From positions 12,214,001-12,278,000 of the forward strand of contig JBHGNT010000018.1 of the NCBI GenBank assembly GCA_043228905.1: a stretch of DNA of 64,000 bases. Direction: 5' to 3'. The translations under genes were made by a program, and so were the position numbers. Shown here one piece after another: positions 10,871 to 23,536 of this stretch (within the stretch, counting starts at the first letter, position 1; every line of letters begins with the position of its first letter). The DNA comes from Azolla caroliniana. Lineage: Eukaryota; Plantae; Polypodiophyta. The notes under the pieces were generated by a model. It was not told the DNA's origin. It was given only the letters and a program-made list of their open reading frames with translations, and ran no database searches.

Positions 10871-13800
10871 ATGACTAGACTAACGCACGACTTGGTTACA
10901 GACCGAGCTCGACGCCTCGCCGAACGGCAAAGACGGCGTGAGACTTTCCAGCAAGCAGCGCAGGAAATTCGCTCGGATCGTTCGTTCTCCAACGAGATCC
11001 GGAGAGTTGCGGAGGAATCTCTCCGGTTACGGCAAACTCGCGACCAGGACGACGGAAGCAGTCTAAGTAGTCTCCGGGAAACCGAACGACTCCTGGAGGC
11101 GCTGGCAAGCGGAGAAAACGAGGCAGAAGCCTTTTCAGCCTACGAATCGGATTCCGAAGGGGGATACAGCATGCACACGAACTACCGGAGCAGCAACGAT
11201 ACCCCCGGCGGCCCGGAAGACGACGGGTCGGATACCGTGCCGACTCCAGAACCGGAACCGCTCAACCAGGGCTACCCGGAACCGCAAACGGAAGCCGTCA
11301 ACCCACCAACACCGGAAGTGGAAGAAGCAAAGCCACCAACACCAACGCAAGAGCCGGAAAAAGGACCGGCAAAAGAACCGGAAGTGGAACCGGAGAAAGA
11401 ACCGGAAAAATATCAACAAACGCCACTAAACCGCGGCTTAATACTGGACGACGACATGCCGTTCCAATACTCAAAGTACCGCGATGATCCGGACGCGGAA
11501 GCGCATGTGGATGACTTCGAGCAGACATGGGAAGCAAATCACACGTCCCAGCGAATGACACCGGAGGAAGAAGAACGCTCGAAGATAGCGGAATTCGGAG
11601 TCACGTTGGAGGGACCAGCGACACGATGGCGGCGGTCGCAGGACCCGGCGACCATCACAACATTTGCAGAATTAAAAGCAAAATTCTTGCATTTTTTCCA
11701 CAAGGAGGTCGACCAGACGACAATGGTGGGCCTGTTTTATACGATACGGCAGGAGGCAGGGGAAAGCATTCCCCAATTCGTCATCCGTTTCCAACGAATG
11801 CATAGCCAGCTTGCCCGTGCACCCCCGGAGGAGGAATTACGGACGATATTTTTAAACGCACTCCGGGAACCGTTACGCACGGTGTGTACGGTGATCGACT
11901 TTCGAGGATGCACCATCGATCAGGTCATTGACCGGGTCAGAGAGATGGAAAAGACAAGCTCATGGCTTACGCTGGGAACACTGCAACGGGCGTTACCCAC
12001 CGAGGAAGATCTCCGGTTCCGGCAGGCAATTCAATGCACAATCTGCTTGAATGCCGGACACTCGGCAGTAGAGTGCACCATGCGCACTCAGTGTGTGATT
12101 TGTCAATCCAAGAGTCATACAACGGACCGGTGCGAGTACAACCTGTTAAATCGACAAGCACCACCCGTCCGACGGATCGAGCCAAGAAGCAGCCGAGACG
12201 AAGATGACGATCGTTGGCAAAGAGGAAACCGGTACCCACCGGCACAAGATGTCCGGTACGGAGACAGGCAAGAGAATGATGGCCGGTACGGGAATCGGCG
12301 TGATAACTACGACCGGTATGAGCGGTCGGACCGTTATCGAGAGCCCAACAGGCGACACGAGCAATACGACAGAGACCATTCCCCTGGTTACCGAAGGCAC
12401 CAGGAGGACTACGGCCGATTTTACGATCCACCACGACCGGACTACCGAAATAAACATAAGAATAATAAGAAACGTAATTTCAAGAAAGGTGGTCACCCTA
12501 GGGACCCGGAACATGGAACCCCAAGGAGCCAACCGGCACAGAACGCACCACTCGCTACGGGACCGACTCCGGCTAACAGCAATGCTGAATCCAGCAATAC
12601 CCGTAAGGAGTACTGCTACTACTGCAGGCAGGAAGGCCACTACAGTAACCAGTGCCCGGTAAAGAGCTACGAGAAACGACCAGCAGTTAATATGGTGGTT
12701 CCGGAAGTGACGGATGTACAGCAAGTAACCACACGGTCGAAAGGCATGGCCAAAGAGTGGGAAACACAAGAGGTCATACGAAAACAGGCAACAGAATGGG
12801 TGAAGGAAGCCAATGAAAGGAACGTCACGGACGCGGAACGGCAAAAGGCGAATACCATAGGGAGTGCCGGCGGTAGCCACCCAGAAAACGAGACATGGCA
12901 AGCACTGCAAGAATGTCAGATCACGTTGCCGTTAGGAAGACTCTTGCAGCTCGTGCCGCGATTTACGGAAGGGCTAAAAACGGGCATGACAGACGGCATA
13001 GCCCCACCGGCACCAGTCCTCTTCTCAAACCCGGAGGAGGGACCGACGGTAGTGGACACTAGCAGTCCGGTGATTACAGCTATTGTCAAAGGGCACGAAC
13101 TTCCCGGCACCGTAATCGATGGAGGTTCCGGGGTGAACGTAATAAGCCTCCGTACGTGTGATGCCTTGGGTATACATGAATGGGAGCCATGCCCGTTCTG
13201 GCTACGGATGGCGGATACGAGCTCGGTACGGCCGACGGGCTTAATACGGAAATTGGAAGTCACCATAGGAGGCCACACATTTCACATCTCGGCTGTCGTG
13301 CTGCAGCTACAGGCGCAAGGCGCGTACCCACTATTGCTGGGCAGACCATGGTTGAAAACAGCACACATCAAGCAAAATTGGCGAAAAAATATGATTACCT
13401 TCCGGCGCGGGAAAGCCAAGGTCCGGGTACCGACACAACCACGGACGAGCAACGGTAAGGAATGCACACCGCTGTATGCGGAATGTGTGAACATGCTTGA
13501 AGGATTGGCAGACGACGAAGAAGCCCAGTACTTGGAGGAACATCCGAAGATCGTACCACTCTTCGAGATTGACGTAGCTGAAGCCGTAGCCGCATACTTG
13601 CCGCAGCGGGACGACACCGAAGCCGAACCAGACAAAGATGCGATTCGGGAATTACGGCAAGCACAGGAAGCATTGGAACGGGAAATGGCCGTTTCCCAAC
13701 GGGTAAAAGCATCCCAGCTCGACGAAGTGAACCTAGGAAGCAAGGACGAATCAAAGCCGGTACACATCGCCAAAGAAATGAAGCCGGAAGATAAAGCGGC

Positions 13801-16699
13801 GATGATCAAACTTCTCACGGAGTTTCGCGACGTATTCGCCTGGTCATACGAAGATATGCGAGGGCTGGACCCTCAATTATATCAGCATCAGATCCACCTA
13901 GGCAAGGACGCGAAACCAGTGGCGCAACGACGTTACCGAATGAACCCCAACTACGCCGCCAAAGTGAAGGAGGAAATCGACAAACTCCTAAGAGTGGGCT
14001 TCATCCGGCCGGTAAAGAAAGCGACGTGGCTGAGCCCCATCGTCGTCGTCCCCAAGAAGAACGGTAAAATCCGTGTGTGTGTTGATTACAGGAAACTAAA
14101 TGCCGCCACAATTACGGATGCATTCCCTCTTCCGTTCACGGACGGAGTACTGGATGCCGTCGCCGGTCATGAAGTTTATAGCTTTTTAGACGGGTTCAGC
14201 GGGTACAATCAAATCCGGATGCACCCGGACGACCAGGAAAAGACAGCGTTCGTCACCGAATGGGGGGTGTTTGTGGCCGAAGTCATGATGTTCGGCCTAA
14301 AAACGGCACCAGCAACGTTCCAGCGAATCATCATGGAGATCTTCGGCGAATACATTCCTGCCTTCATGCAAGTTTTCCTGGATGATTTTGCAGTTTATAG
14401 CCGGGGAAAAGACCATTTGCAGCACCTACGGTTATGCCTTGAAAAGTGTAGGTTATACCGGCTAAGCTTAAACCCAGCAAAATGCATCTTTGGGGTTTCA
14501 AGTGGAATATTGCTGGGACACATTGTAAGTAAGGAGGGCATTGCGGTCGACCCGGACAAAGTAAACGCCATACTAGGGGCACCGGCGCCGAAAACGGCCA
14601 AAGCACTAAGCCGATTCTTAGGACAGATCCGGTGGCACAGCCGGATGCTCCGTCACTTGGCTGACTTGGCTACACCATTACACACCGCGGTACATCGGAC
14701 ACCGTTCCAATGGACGGATACGGAGGATAAGGCATACAATGCCCTGAAGGTACTTTTATCGCAAGCACCCGTCGTGCAGCCTCCGAATTGGAGCAAGGAA
14801 TTTCATGTGTTCGTGGACGCTTCCGACATCGCCATTGGCAGCGCCTTAATGCAACTTACGGAGCCTAAATGGTACCGGCCGGTATATTACGCCAGCCGGA
14901 AGCTGTCCCAAGCGGAGAAGAACTATTCAACGACGGAACGGGAGGCTCTGGGCATGATCTACAGTGTAACAAAGTTTCGTCACTACCTATTGGGAAGGAA
15001 GTTCTCCTTCCATGTGGATCACTCGGCGCTCCTCTACTTAGTTTCCAAGGCGTCCCTGACCGGTAAGTTGGCCCGTTGGACCTTGCTGTTGCAGGAGTTC
15101 GAATTCGAGATTTTCCACCGGCCCGGTATCCAGCATGCCGTAGCAGACTACCTGAGCCGGTTAGAGTCCGGAGAACCAGGCGACGGAGTAGCGGATGAAT
15201 TCCCGGACGCGGAGTTATTCCGTATAACCCCGGAAACGGCAGCGGACGACACGGTGGCATCAGAAGATAAATGGCTGACAAACATGCACCAGTTCCTAAG
15301 CACGGGCCTGCCACCGGAGGAAATGAACCGGGACGAGAGGAAACGACTGGCGGTGCAGAGCCGCAATTTCTGTCTGTTACGGGACACTCTCTACCACAAA
15401 GGAGCAGATGGAATATGGAGACGGGCAGTCCGTAGTGACGAGAAAGAAGTAATCTTACGGGAAGCACACTGTGGGGTTGCCGGAGGACACTATGCCGGGG
15501 AAGCGACGGCAAGGAAAGTATGGCAGAGCGGCTTATGGTGGCCCACGACGTTAAAAGACGCCGTCAAGTATGCTAAGGAATGTGACCTATGCCAACGAAT
15601 GGGCTAGCCTACGGAGCAAGCACGGATGCCACACCAACCGGTACTTCCACTAGAGCCATTCCAGAAGTGGGGGTTGGATTTTGTCGGACCGTTCAAGCCA
15701 TCGGCAATGAGAACGGGTAATCGTTATGTCATCGTGGCAACGGATTATTGCACGAAATGGGTGGAAGCTAAGGCCCTGAGAGACAACACCGCGTCATCCA
15801 CAGCAAAATTCCTGTACGAGAACATTTGGTGCCGATATGGATGTCCGATTGAACTAATCAGCGACCAAGGAGGCCACTTCCTCGGCCAGGTAGTGGAAAG
15901 CTTAACAACGTTCTATGCCGTGGTCCATAAAAGAAGCACACCGTACTACCCACAGGCGAACGGGTTAGCAGAGTCTACCAACAAAACGCTGCAGAACATT
16001 CTCCGCAAAATTGTCAATGAAAACCGGACGGATTGGGACACAAAGCTCCATAGTGCGCTATGGGCGTACAGAACAGCATACAAAACAAGTATCCGGACAA
16101 CGCCGTTCCGGTTAGCATTCGGCTTAGAAGCGGTCATGCCGGTCGAGTTTCAGGTACCAAGCTTACGGATCCAACTACGGGAACGGCTGAATGAAAAGAA
16201 GTCGGAGGAAATGCGGCTAGCAGCACTATGCGAATTGGAGGAGCAACGGCTGGCCAACATCCTACACATGGAACTGGAGCAACGACGACGGAAAGCGTTC
16301 GTTGACCGTCACCGGAAAGGTAACGAAAAGATGTTCGAAATCGGGAAGCCGGTTCTAGTATTCCAAACGAGGATGGGCAAAATGCCGGGTAAACTCCGGT
16401 TCAGATGGACAGGCCCGTATTGGCTGACACGGGAATACAACGGGTCCTATCAGATAGGGACACTTGCCGGGGAAGTACTAGGCAAGTGGGTGAATGGATT
16501 TCGACTAAAGCCCTATAGAGGACCGATGCCAAAGAACCCGTTTATGCAGCTCACCGGCACTACACCAGGAATCTGTCCGGGATCGGTACGGATCGATCCC
16601 GAAGAAAAAGACGACGGGGAACCCGTAGTAGAGACGAAGGAAGACACGGCAACCCGTAAGGAAAACGGTCAGGGTTCGAAGGGACCTACGGATGTGTAA
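10871..16699 (+). CDS. D Gag-Pol polyprotein, single frame with one in-frame TAG at 15605 inside integrase
   Basis: Three CCHC knuckles, IDGGSGVN protease, RVCVDYRKLN, FLDDF, FVDASD, HHCC, WGLDFVGP, SDQG, WTGPY; ORFs 10871 and 15626 share a frame. Confidence 0.93.
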
Positions 16700-16716
16700 G
16701 GTCACACACCGTCATT

Positions 16717-16760
16717 AAAAAAAAATTTAAAAAAAAAAAAAAAAAAAAGAGAGAAGAAAA
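16717..16760 (+). repeat. A-rich/purine tract between pol and the extra ORF
   Basis: A-run, TTT, long A-run, then GAGAGAAGAAAA. Confidence 0.8.
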
Positions 16761-17087
16761 TCATTAAAAATCGAGGTGTGAACGGGTGTAAAAGCAAGGC
16801 GCGAAAAGGTACGTAGTGGGCATTTAAGAGACGCCACGCTACTTAATACCAAATTGGTACACGACGTGTGCATGCTCGAAAAAGGCGCCAAAACGCACAA
16901 AGAAGAAGCAGAACGCATGGAGACCTTTTCATTTCGCGAGCCAAGAAGCACAGAAGCACCAAGACAGTGGAAGCTGAGCAAACGCGAACCTGCACGCAGA
17001 GAACCCCCGCGCTCAGAACGCTCTCTCTCTCGCTCTCACCCTCATCACCACTCTACCTCGCCATCTTCCCTCGACCTTGAAGCAGAC

Positions 17088-19724
17088 ATGGAACCACAAA
17101 CGCTGTCGGAAGCGGCCAGGAAATGGTTCAGGCAAAACGGACTGGAGGGGTTCTTGGCCATCATGGAGGCACCGCCGCACAGAGAAGCCGACCGGGTCAT
17201 CAAGGAGCTCGCCACAGAGGTCATCACCGAGGAAGCGATCCGCGCGCTAACAGGCCTTCCGGAGGGAGGAATCTTTCAGATCGATAACCCAACCTCGGAG
17301 CAACTCACCCGATATTTCGGTGAGTACTCTGTTGCCGGCAAAGGCTATCGGACGCAGGGCGACGAAGATCCGCTATTCAGGGAGATAGCTCGAGTGCTCC
17401 ATGAGTACGGTCACGTGTACCCCCGACCCCCTGTCATGCCAAAAAATCGGGCAGGGATGATCATAGCCACCTATGAAGGGGTCAAGGTGGACTGGCCGGT
17501 GTTGATTGCAGACGGGTTGTGCATGGCAATCGACATGGTACGAGGGAAGGACGGCAAGGAGGGCCGGAAGCTGTGGCACGCCGTAGCTCAATGGATAACA
17601 TTGCTCGTGCCGCCGGTCGAGACCGTCCAGCCAAAGAAGCGGCCAAGAGTATCGGAAGGAAGCACCTCGAAGCCGGCGTCCAAACGACAGCAGCTGCTGG
17701 CGTCAAAGGCGACGAGAGGGAAGAAACGGGTCCAAGAACCGGAGGAGGTGTCACCAGTCCCACCCGTCAAGATAACCATACGGAGACCGGGACAGAAGGA
17801 ACCGGAACCCTTGACGGCACAGAAACATGCCGTGACACAGGAAGAGGAAACGGAGGAGCCAGAAGAGCACCTCCAATGACGGTCAAGAAGTAGGACCGCC
17901 GAGATAGGAGGGGAGCGGTCGTACCCGCGAGAGGCAGAAACGCCCCCAACTCAACCTGAGCAAACCACAAGGGAAGAACCGGAACCGGTGCGTAGGGAAC
18001 CGGTCTTGGCGACTTCTATAGAAGAAGTCATGCCAACGGCGGCGGAAACGGCTGGAACCGGAACGCAACAGCCGGCGAGCACAGCCAGCACACACGGCGG
18101 CCAAGGAGTAGAACCAGAACGGCATATGCAGGCACTCAGGCCAGACAATTCCACAGGGAATGAGCCGACCCGACCAGTACAACAACAAGGCACCAGTAGC
18201 ATGTGGCTACGGTGGGTAGGCGAGCAAATCGCCGGAGTGGTCGAGTATATAGAGGCGGAAGAGAGAGCGCACCAGGAACGGTTGCTCGTCACAACCGTAG
18301 ATCTAGAGACGGCCCGGTCCAGAATCCGGAGCCTTGAACAAGACTTGGACAGGGTCACAAGGGAAACACAAGTCCAAGCACCGGTGACTCCGGGCAATGT
18401 ACAGAATAAAGTGTCAAATCAACCTGTACATAGCAATCAGACCCCGGCAACGGAAACCGTTCCGGAGAGAAATGCGGCACAAGCCCAAGAGCTTGCGGAT
18501 TTAAAGGATGAGCTAGCTGCCCAAGAAGCGCTGAGGAGCCGCGAAAGAGAATTGAAGACGGCAGCGGAGGCAGAACTCAAAAAGACTGCTGAGAATCTAC
18601 GCCGGGCCGAGGAGAGCTTACGGAAAGGCCACCAAGCATACGACCGGCTCAAGGAGGAAAAGGAGAAAATGCTGCAAGAGAAGGACAAGCTCCGGAGGAA
18701 CGCCGAAACAGAAGTAGAGCGCCTGAAAGAGGAACTCCGGCAGGTAAAGGACCGGGAGGACCGGAACCATCGCCAAATCAACGGCAAGCTCAAACAAAAA
18801 ACGGAGGAATTTGAGCAATTGCACCGGGAGTATAAACGGTTGCAAACGGAGCACAAGGAACGGACGGATGAGCTCCGGCAAGCCGTTGATCGGACCGCAA
18901 CCGCATTCGCCAAGGAACAAGCGGAAAACAGAAGACGGTTGGAAGAGGCGGAGAAGGTTCGGACAGAGCTCCTCAGGCAACAGCAGGCGGAAAAAGAAAG
19001 AGCGGCGGAGGTACTGCAGAGGCTGCAAACGACATATCAAGGGCAGCTGACGCGCTACAGGGAGCAGGCGGAGGATACGGCAAATCTCATCAAGCAGTTG
19101 AAGGAGGAGCGACAAGTGGTGGAAAGCAGAGCACAAATGGGAGCAAGTCGTATCCAGGATATAATGCGGGCCTGGTTGAACCAGACCAAGAGCTTGATTG
19201 ACAACGGGTCCGTCAAATGGTGGACCAAGTGGGCCACGAACGCGGCGGAACTCCAATTGCTCCGGGCTGACGTAGAGAACCGGCGGAAGGAGGGAGATGA
19301 TTGCTATATGCTAACTTCCGAAGACTTCACCGGCATAAGAGATGAGCTTGCCGAAGACTTTCAAGCCTTGGCAGAAGACCAATTAGAGCAAGTCCGGCAA
19401 CTTGTAGCTCAGCTGGACGACGACAGGCTGGAGGCACAGATCCAGTTTGAAAGCTACGAGAGGTCCCGGATCCGGGGAGAGAAAGAACGAGAACCAGTTA
19501 CGGTCAACCTCAGTGATGAGGAACCGTTACTGGAAGGAGACCGGACCGGAAGCAGTCAAACGGAGAAGCCGGAGTCAGCGAAACAAACGGAGCAGCAGCA
19601 GCAAGCAGAGCAGCCGGAGCAACCTCAGTCCCAACCGCAACCACAACAGCCGCAACAACCACAACCGGAAGAACAAGTGGAAATTCTTGAACAAAGTAAT
19701 TTGGACAATTTGGGTGAACAATGA
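17088..19724 (+). CDS. D extra 3' ORF (~878 codons, one internal TGA at 17877): N-terminal plant-transposon-protein-like domain, long coiled coil, Q/P tail
   Basis: ORFs 16854-17879 and 17988-19724 share a frame with no other stop between them; ITEEAIRALTGLP and KVDWPVLI motifs; heptad E/K/R/Q-rich region. The ATG at 17088 is the inferred start. Confidence 0.8.
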
Positions 19725-19776
19725 AAGGGCCGAGAAGGGTTCGACGTACAAGGTACTGTCCCACGGGCGTGCCATG

Positions 19777-20196
19777 TGTTACCGGCCGGCAAGGAGTCCA
19801 AAATACGGAGTGAAGGAATTAATTAGATATGGTTGTAAATGAGCATAGTGTGGACGGACGGACTGGAAACGGTATGCCGTTCCAGATCCGGACGGATCCC
19901 GAATAGGTGCGAGAGGCACCGTTTTGTACTACGGGCCGGAAACCTATTTAAAGGCCCGGACCCTATTGTAATGGCAGCGGATAATTAGTAGAGCTTATGT
20001 TGTTTATACTTCTGTCTTGATTTCCGTTCTGTAATCACTGTTATATCTTACGCGTGTAATTAACCAAAGCAATCTAATCGTGTAACCTACGTAAGTCGGT
20101 GTAATTGTTGAATCTTAATCCTATGCCGTAATCACCCTTTGGTGAAGTGTCTCCGTGACACCTTGTGTTAGGCCTTGTCCGGCTAAGAGAATAACA
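19777..20196 (+). repeat. 3' LTR of D
   Basis: Direct repeat of 10400-10819. Confidence 0.97.
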
Positions 20197-20201
20197 TATC
20201 C

Positions 20202-22280
20202 CATTTCGCCGTCGGATCCATATCCAAGGAAGATGCATTTCCTGGACCGAGGTGCAAGTTTTCGGCGATCATCTTTCGGAATGAGGGCGTACGCCTCGCA
20301 TCCGAAGATCCTCAGCTTGTCGTAATTCGGCTTACTGCCGATCCATAGTTCCTGAGGAATTTGAAGTCCTAGAGGTCTACTTGGCGACATATTGATTATG
20401 TGTACTGCCGTGAGTAGAGCCTCTGCCCAGAAGCCATCCGACAGTCCGGAGTGTTGGAGCATGGAAACTATCCGTTCTTGGATCGTCCGATTCATTCGCT
20501 CTGCGATCCCGTTTTGCTCCGGACTGTGTGGTGCCGTAAGTTCACGTCGGATGCCGCGTTGTCGGCAGAATTTGACGAATTCTTCGGATTTGAACTCTCC
20601 CCCATTATCTGTCCGAAAGCATTTCAGCTTTCGGTCGGTTTGATTTTCCACCATAGCGAGCCAATCGGTGAAGATCGAGAAGACCCGATCTTTGGTGCGA
20701 ATCGGATAAGCCCACACCTTTCGAGTCGAGTCGTCAATAAAAGTGACGAAGTAAGAGGCACCGCCAAGAGACTGATGCGGCATTGGGCCACAGACGTCCG
20801 AGTGGACTAAGTCGAGAGGTCTCGTTTCTCTTGGTGCTGATGTCGGGTGTGATGCGGCTACTTGTTTGCCATACTGGCAATGCTCGCAGAATTGATGGTC
20901 GGAGAAGGAGAGTTTGGGGATGTATCCGGCTCTAGATAGGTGCGTGATGCCGGCCTTGCTGAGGTGTCCTAATCTTCTGTGCCATAGTGATGACACAGGA
21001 ATATCCACCAAAAACAGGTTACCCTCTCTGAGCGTAACATGTAACGGATACAACGAGTGTATCTTAGGTCCTCTAGCAAGCAGGAGGTTCCCCCTGTGGA
21101 GTGTCCACCCTCCCGAAGAAAAACCGGCACGAATGCCGTCTTCATCTAGTTGTCCGACTGAGATCAATGGCCTTGAGAGCTCGGGTACATGTCGGACATT
21201 GTGGAGTACAAGTGTAGAGCCACCTGCAAGGTTGAGCTCTACTGTGCCGATTCCGATGATGTCACAGTGTTGTGAGTTGCCGACCCGAACTGAGTCGGAG
21301 TGACGGATCGTATATTGCCGAAATTGGGACCGATGAGGAGTCACATGAAATGACGCGCCCGAATCCAAGAGCCATGTGCTCGATTCTTCAGTCGTGAGCA
21401 GAACTTCTGATCCGACTGGATTTTCGATTGATAGTATATTCGGGTCGTCCGGTAGTACATCAGCTGAGAAGCTGACGTAATTGATCTCCTCATGCCGGCC
21501 ACTCTTCTTGTTGTTCTTGTTCTTGAGTGCGCAGCAGTCAGCTTTGATGTGTCCGGGTTTCTTGCAATAGTTGCAGATTCGGTTATCCCGTGACTGGCTC
21601 CGTCTTCGCTGATTGTTCGGCGGCCGTGAGGAATCTCTTCCTCGTATGTTCGATCGGTCTGTCGAACCTTGTACTACATAAGCGTCGTCTGTTGAGTCTT
21701 TGGCGAAAGACTTTCTCCGAGCTGCTTCAGTCAGGATTGCGCTCGTGACTTCGGAGTATTTAACAGCCGTGGTTGACGCGTTGCACACGGTTGTGACGAA
21801 AGTTTCCCATGATGAGGGAAGGCTGCTCATGAGTATCATTGCTCTGAGTTCATCCTCGATTGCCGTCCCCTATGACGAGATTTGGGAGCTTATGCTTTCG
21901 TATTCATTGAGGTGTGCTTGAACCGAATCGGATTCTTTCATCCGCAAGTTGTAGAGGCGCCGGATCAGAAACATCTTCGTTGCGGCGACTTTCTTTTCGT
22001 AAGTGTCCGACAGTGTTTTCCACAGTTCGAATGCTGTCGTACACGATTGCACCGTGAAATATACCGATTCCGATAGGTGCATTCGAATCGTGGCGCGGAC
22101 GATTCTGTCCAGCTTCTGCCACTCGATTGGTTTGTACCCTTCTGGAGGTTCTTCATTTTCGATGGGATCGATTTGTCCCTTGACTATGAGATAGTCCTGC
22201 ATTTGCTCTTTCCAGAAGTTGAAGTTCGATCCATCGAACTTTCGTAGACTCATTTCTGACGAGCCGGATGTTGATGCCAT
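20202..22280 (-). pseudogene. C polyprotein, 5' part (gag, CCHC, PR, IN); one TAG at 21870
   Basis: KFDGSNFNFWK, CNYCKKPGHIKADC, WLLDSGASFH, LVHSDVCGP, RTDNGGEF. Confidence 0.95.
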
Positions 22281-22945
22281 CAAATTCGGTTTCGGTTGAC
22301 GAAGCTCGGTTCGGAGTTGACTACGAACCTTGTTGGAGTGCAGCCGGTTGGCTCACCCGATATCGTTCTAGTCGGATTTGAACCCGAGTCGGTTCGGCTT
22401 CGGAACTTGCTCGAATTGACTCCGGTAGCTTGAGGGACAGAACCGACTGGTCTTCCCGAATGTTGCCGAGTCGAAGTGAGCCCGGTTCGCTTCGGATATA
22501 TATGCCGAATACCGATTATTGAAACCGATTATCTGGACCGATTTTGCTTCGGTTGACTGCAGCGACGAGAGAGACGGATCCAACTGATCCTCTCGAATGT
22601 CGATCAGCCTGATGAAGCACGAATTTAGGGTTGTTGTCTTGAGACCGATCTGCACCGAGTGGTTACAACGAGCAGCGTTTGGTGACCTCTTCGGATGCCG
22701 TTTAACCGAATGGAGCACGATCATGTCAATGATGCACAAGGGGATTTCACCTCGAGCGGTTACGATCACAAGGAACGGAGTACAACCTGCTGGCTTACTC
22801 CAAGCAAGATAATCTAACGCAATGAGATGCAAACCTGGTTTTTCTTCTTCTTCTCTCTTCTTCGAATGACGCAGGAAACCGAATGCAGAGACGACGGCCG
22901 ACAGCGGATTGAAGGACCGACTACTGTGCAGGCTCTGATACCAGA

Positions 22946-23030
22946 TGTTGAAGACAAAGTCGTCTATGCGGAAGATCAAGAAGCATTCGATCCCTGTTTA
23001 TTCCCTGCGTATGACAGATTGTATGTCGTT

Positions 23031-23069
<39 letters not shown>

Positions 23070-23239
23070 CACAAAAGGCTTTCTTTTATAAAGCAAATAA
23101 TACAACAACCAACCTTACAAAAAGGTTACAAGGTCACTATATATAGTGACCGACTTAGGGCAACTACCCTTTATGCTAATTACATAAATGGCCAAAACGG
23201 GATAGTGTGAATACGTCCATTATACACATGTATTCGACA
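22946..23239 (-). repeat. 5' LTR of C (294 bp)
   Basis: Adjacent to the PBS; TSD CCCCT follows at 23240. Confidence 0.97.
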
Positions 23240-23536
23240 CCCCTAGATGGGATCCGGTTATGAATGAAGAGGACCTGGTGAGAACCGGAAGAGATCCAAA
23301 AACCGGATCGGATGGACCCGATGAGTTTGGAGTCTGTGGGCTCCCATGGTTTTTCCCATTTAAGGTTTCCACGTAAACATCCTGTGTACTCTCTATTGTT
23401 CGTGTGTGTATGTGTACTAATCTCCAACCCCATTTCTGTGTTTGATTCTCAAAGAAGTGATTCAAGACTCGGTTGTGGCCGAGCAATATTCTGCACTATT
23501 TCCTATAATCAGGTATTAGAGCGAACAACACAGGAA

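Larger units (their letters stand above)
10400..20196 (+). mobile_element. Element D: very young full-length non-chromoviral Gypsy (Athila/Phygy-like) with an extra 3' ORF
   Basis: 420-bp LTRs 10400-10819 and 19777-20196 appear identical; TSD TATCC; gag-PR-RT-RH-IN order; no additional aRH domain seen. Confidence 0.97.
7982..23239 (-). mobile_element. Element C: young Copia inserted 21 bp into the 5' LTR of B
   Basis: LTRs 7982-8271 and 22946-23239 differ only in the (AG)n tract; TSD CCCCT; PBS TGGTATCAGAGC (22932-22943, minus strand); PPT at 8272. Confidence 0.97.

Noticed and set aside
15605-15607. Programmed readthrough in D integrase
   Set aside because: It splits the HHCC domain from the catalytic core, lacks a CARYYA context, and fits a CAG>TAG mutation.
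11967-19256. Long antisense ORFs over D (254, 215 and 212 aa)
   Set aside because: They are shadows of GC-rich, biased sense coding sequence, with no recognisable motifs.
20121-20201. C-terminus VILLAGQGLTQ... of the 572-aa ORF
   Set aside because: It reads into D's LTR; the true frame continues at 10399.
22368-22979. 203-aa ORF in C's leader
   Set aside because: It starts inside the LTR, crosses the PBS and shows no domain features; probably incidental.
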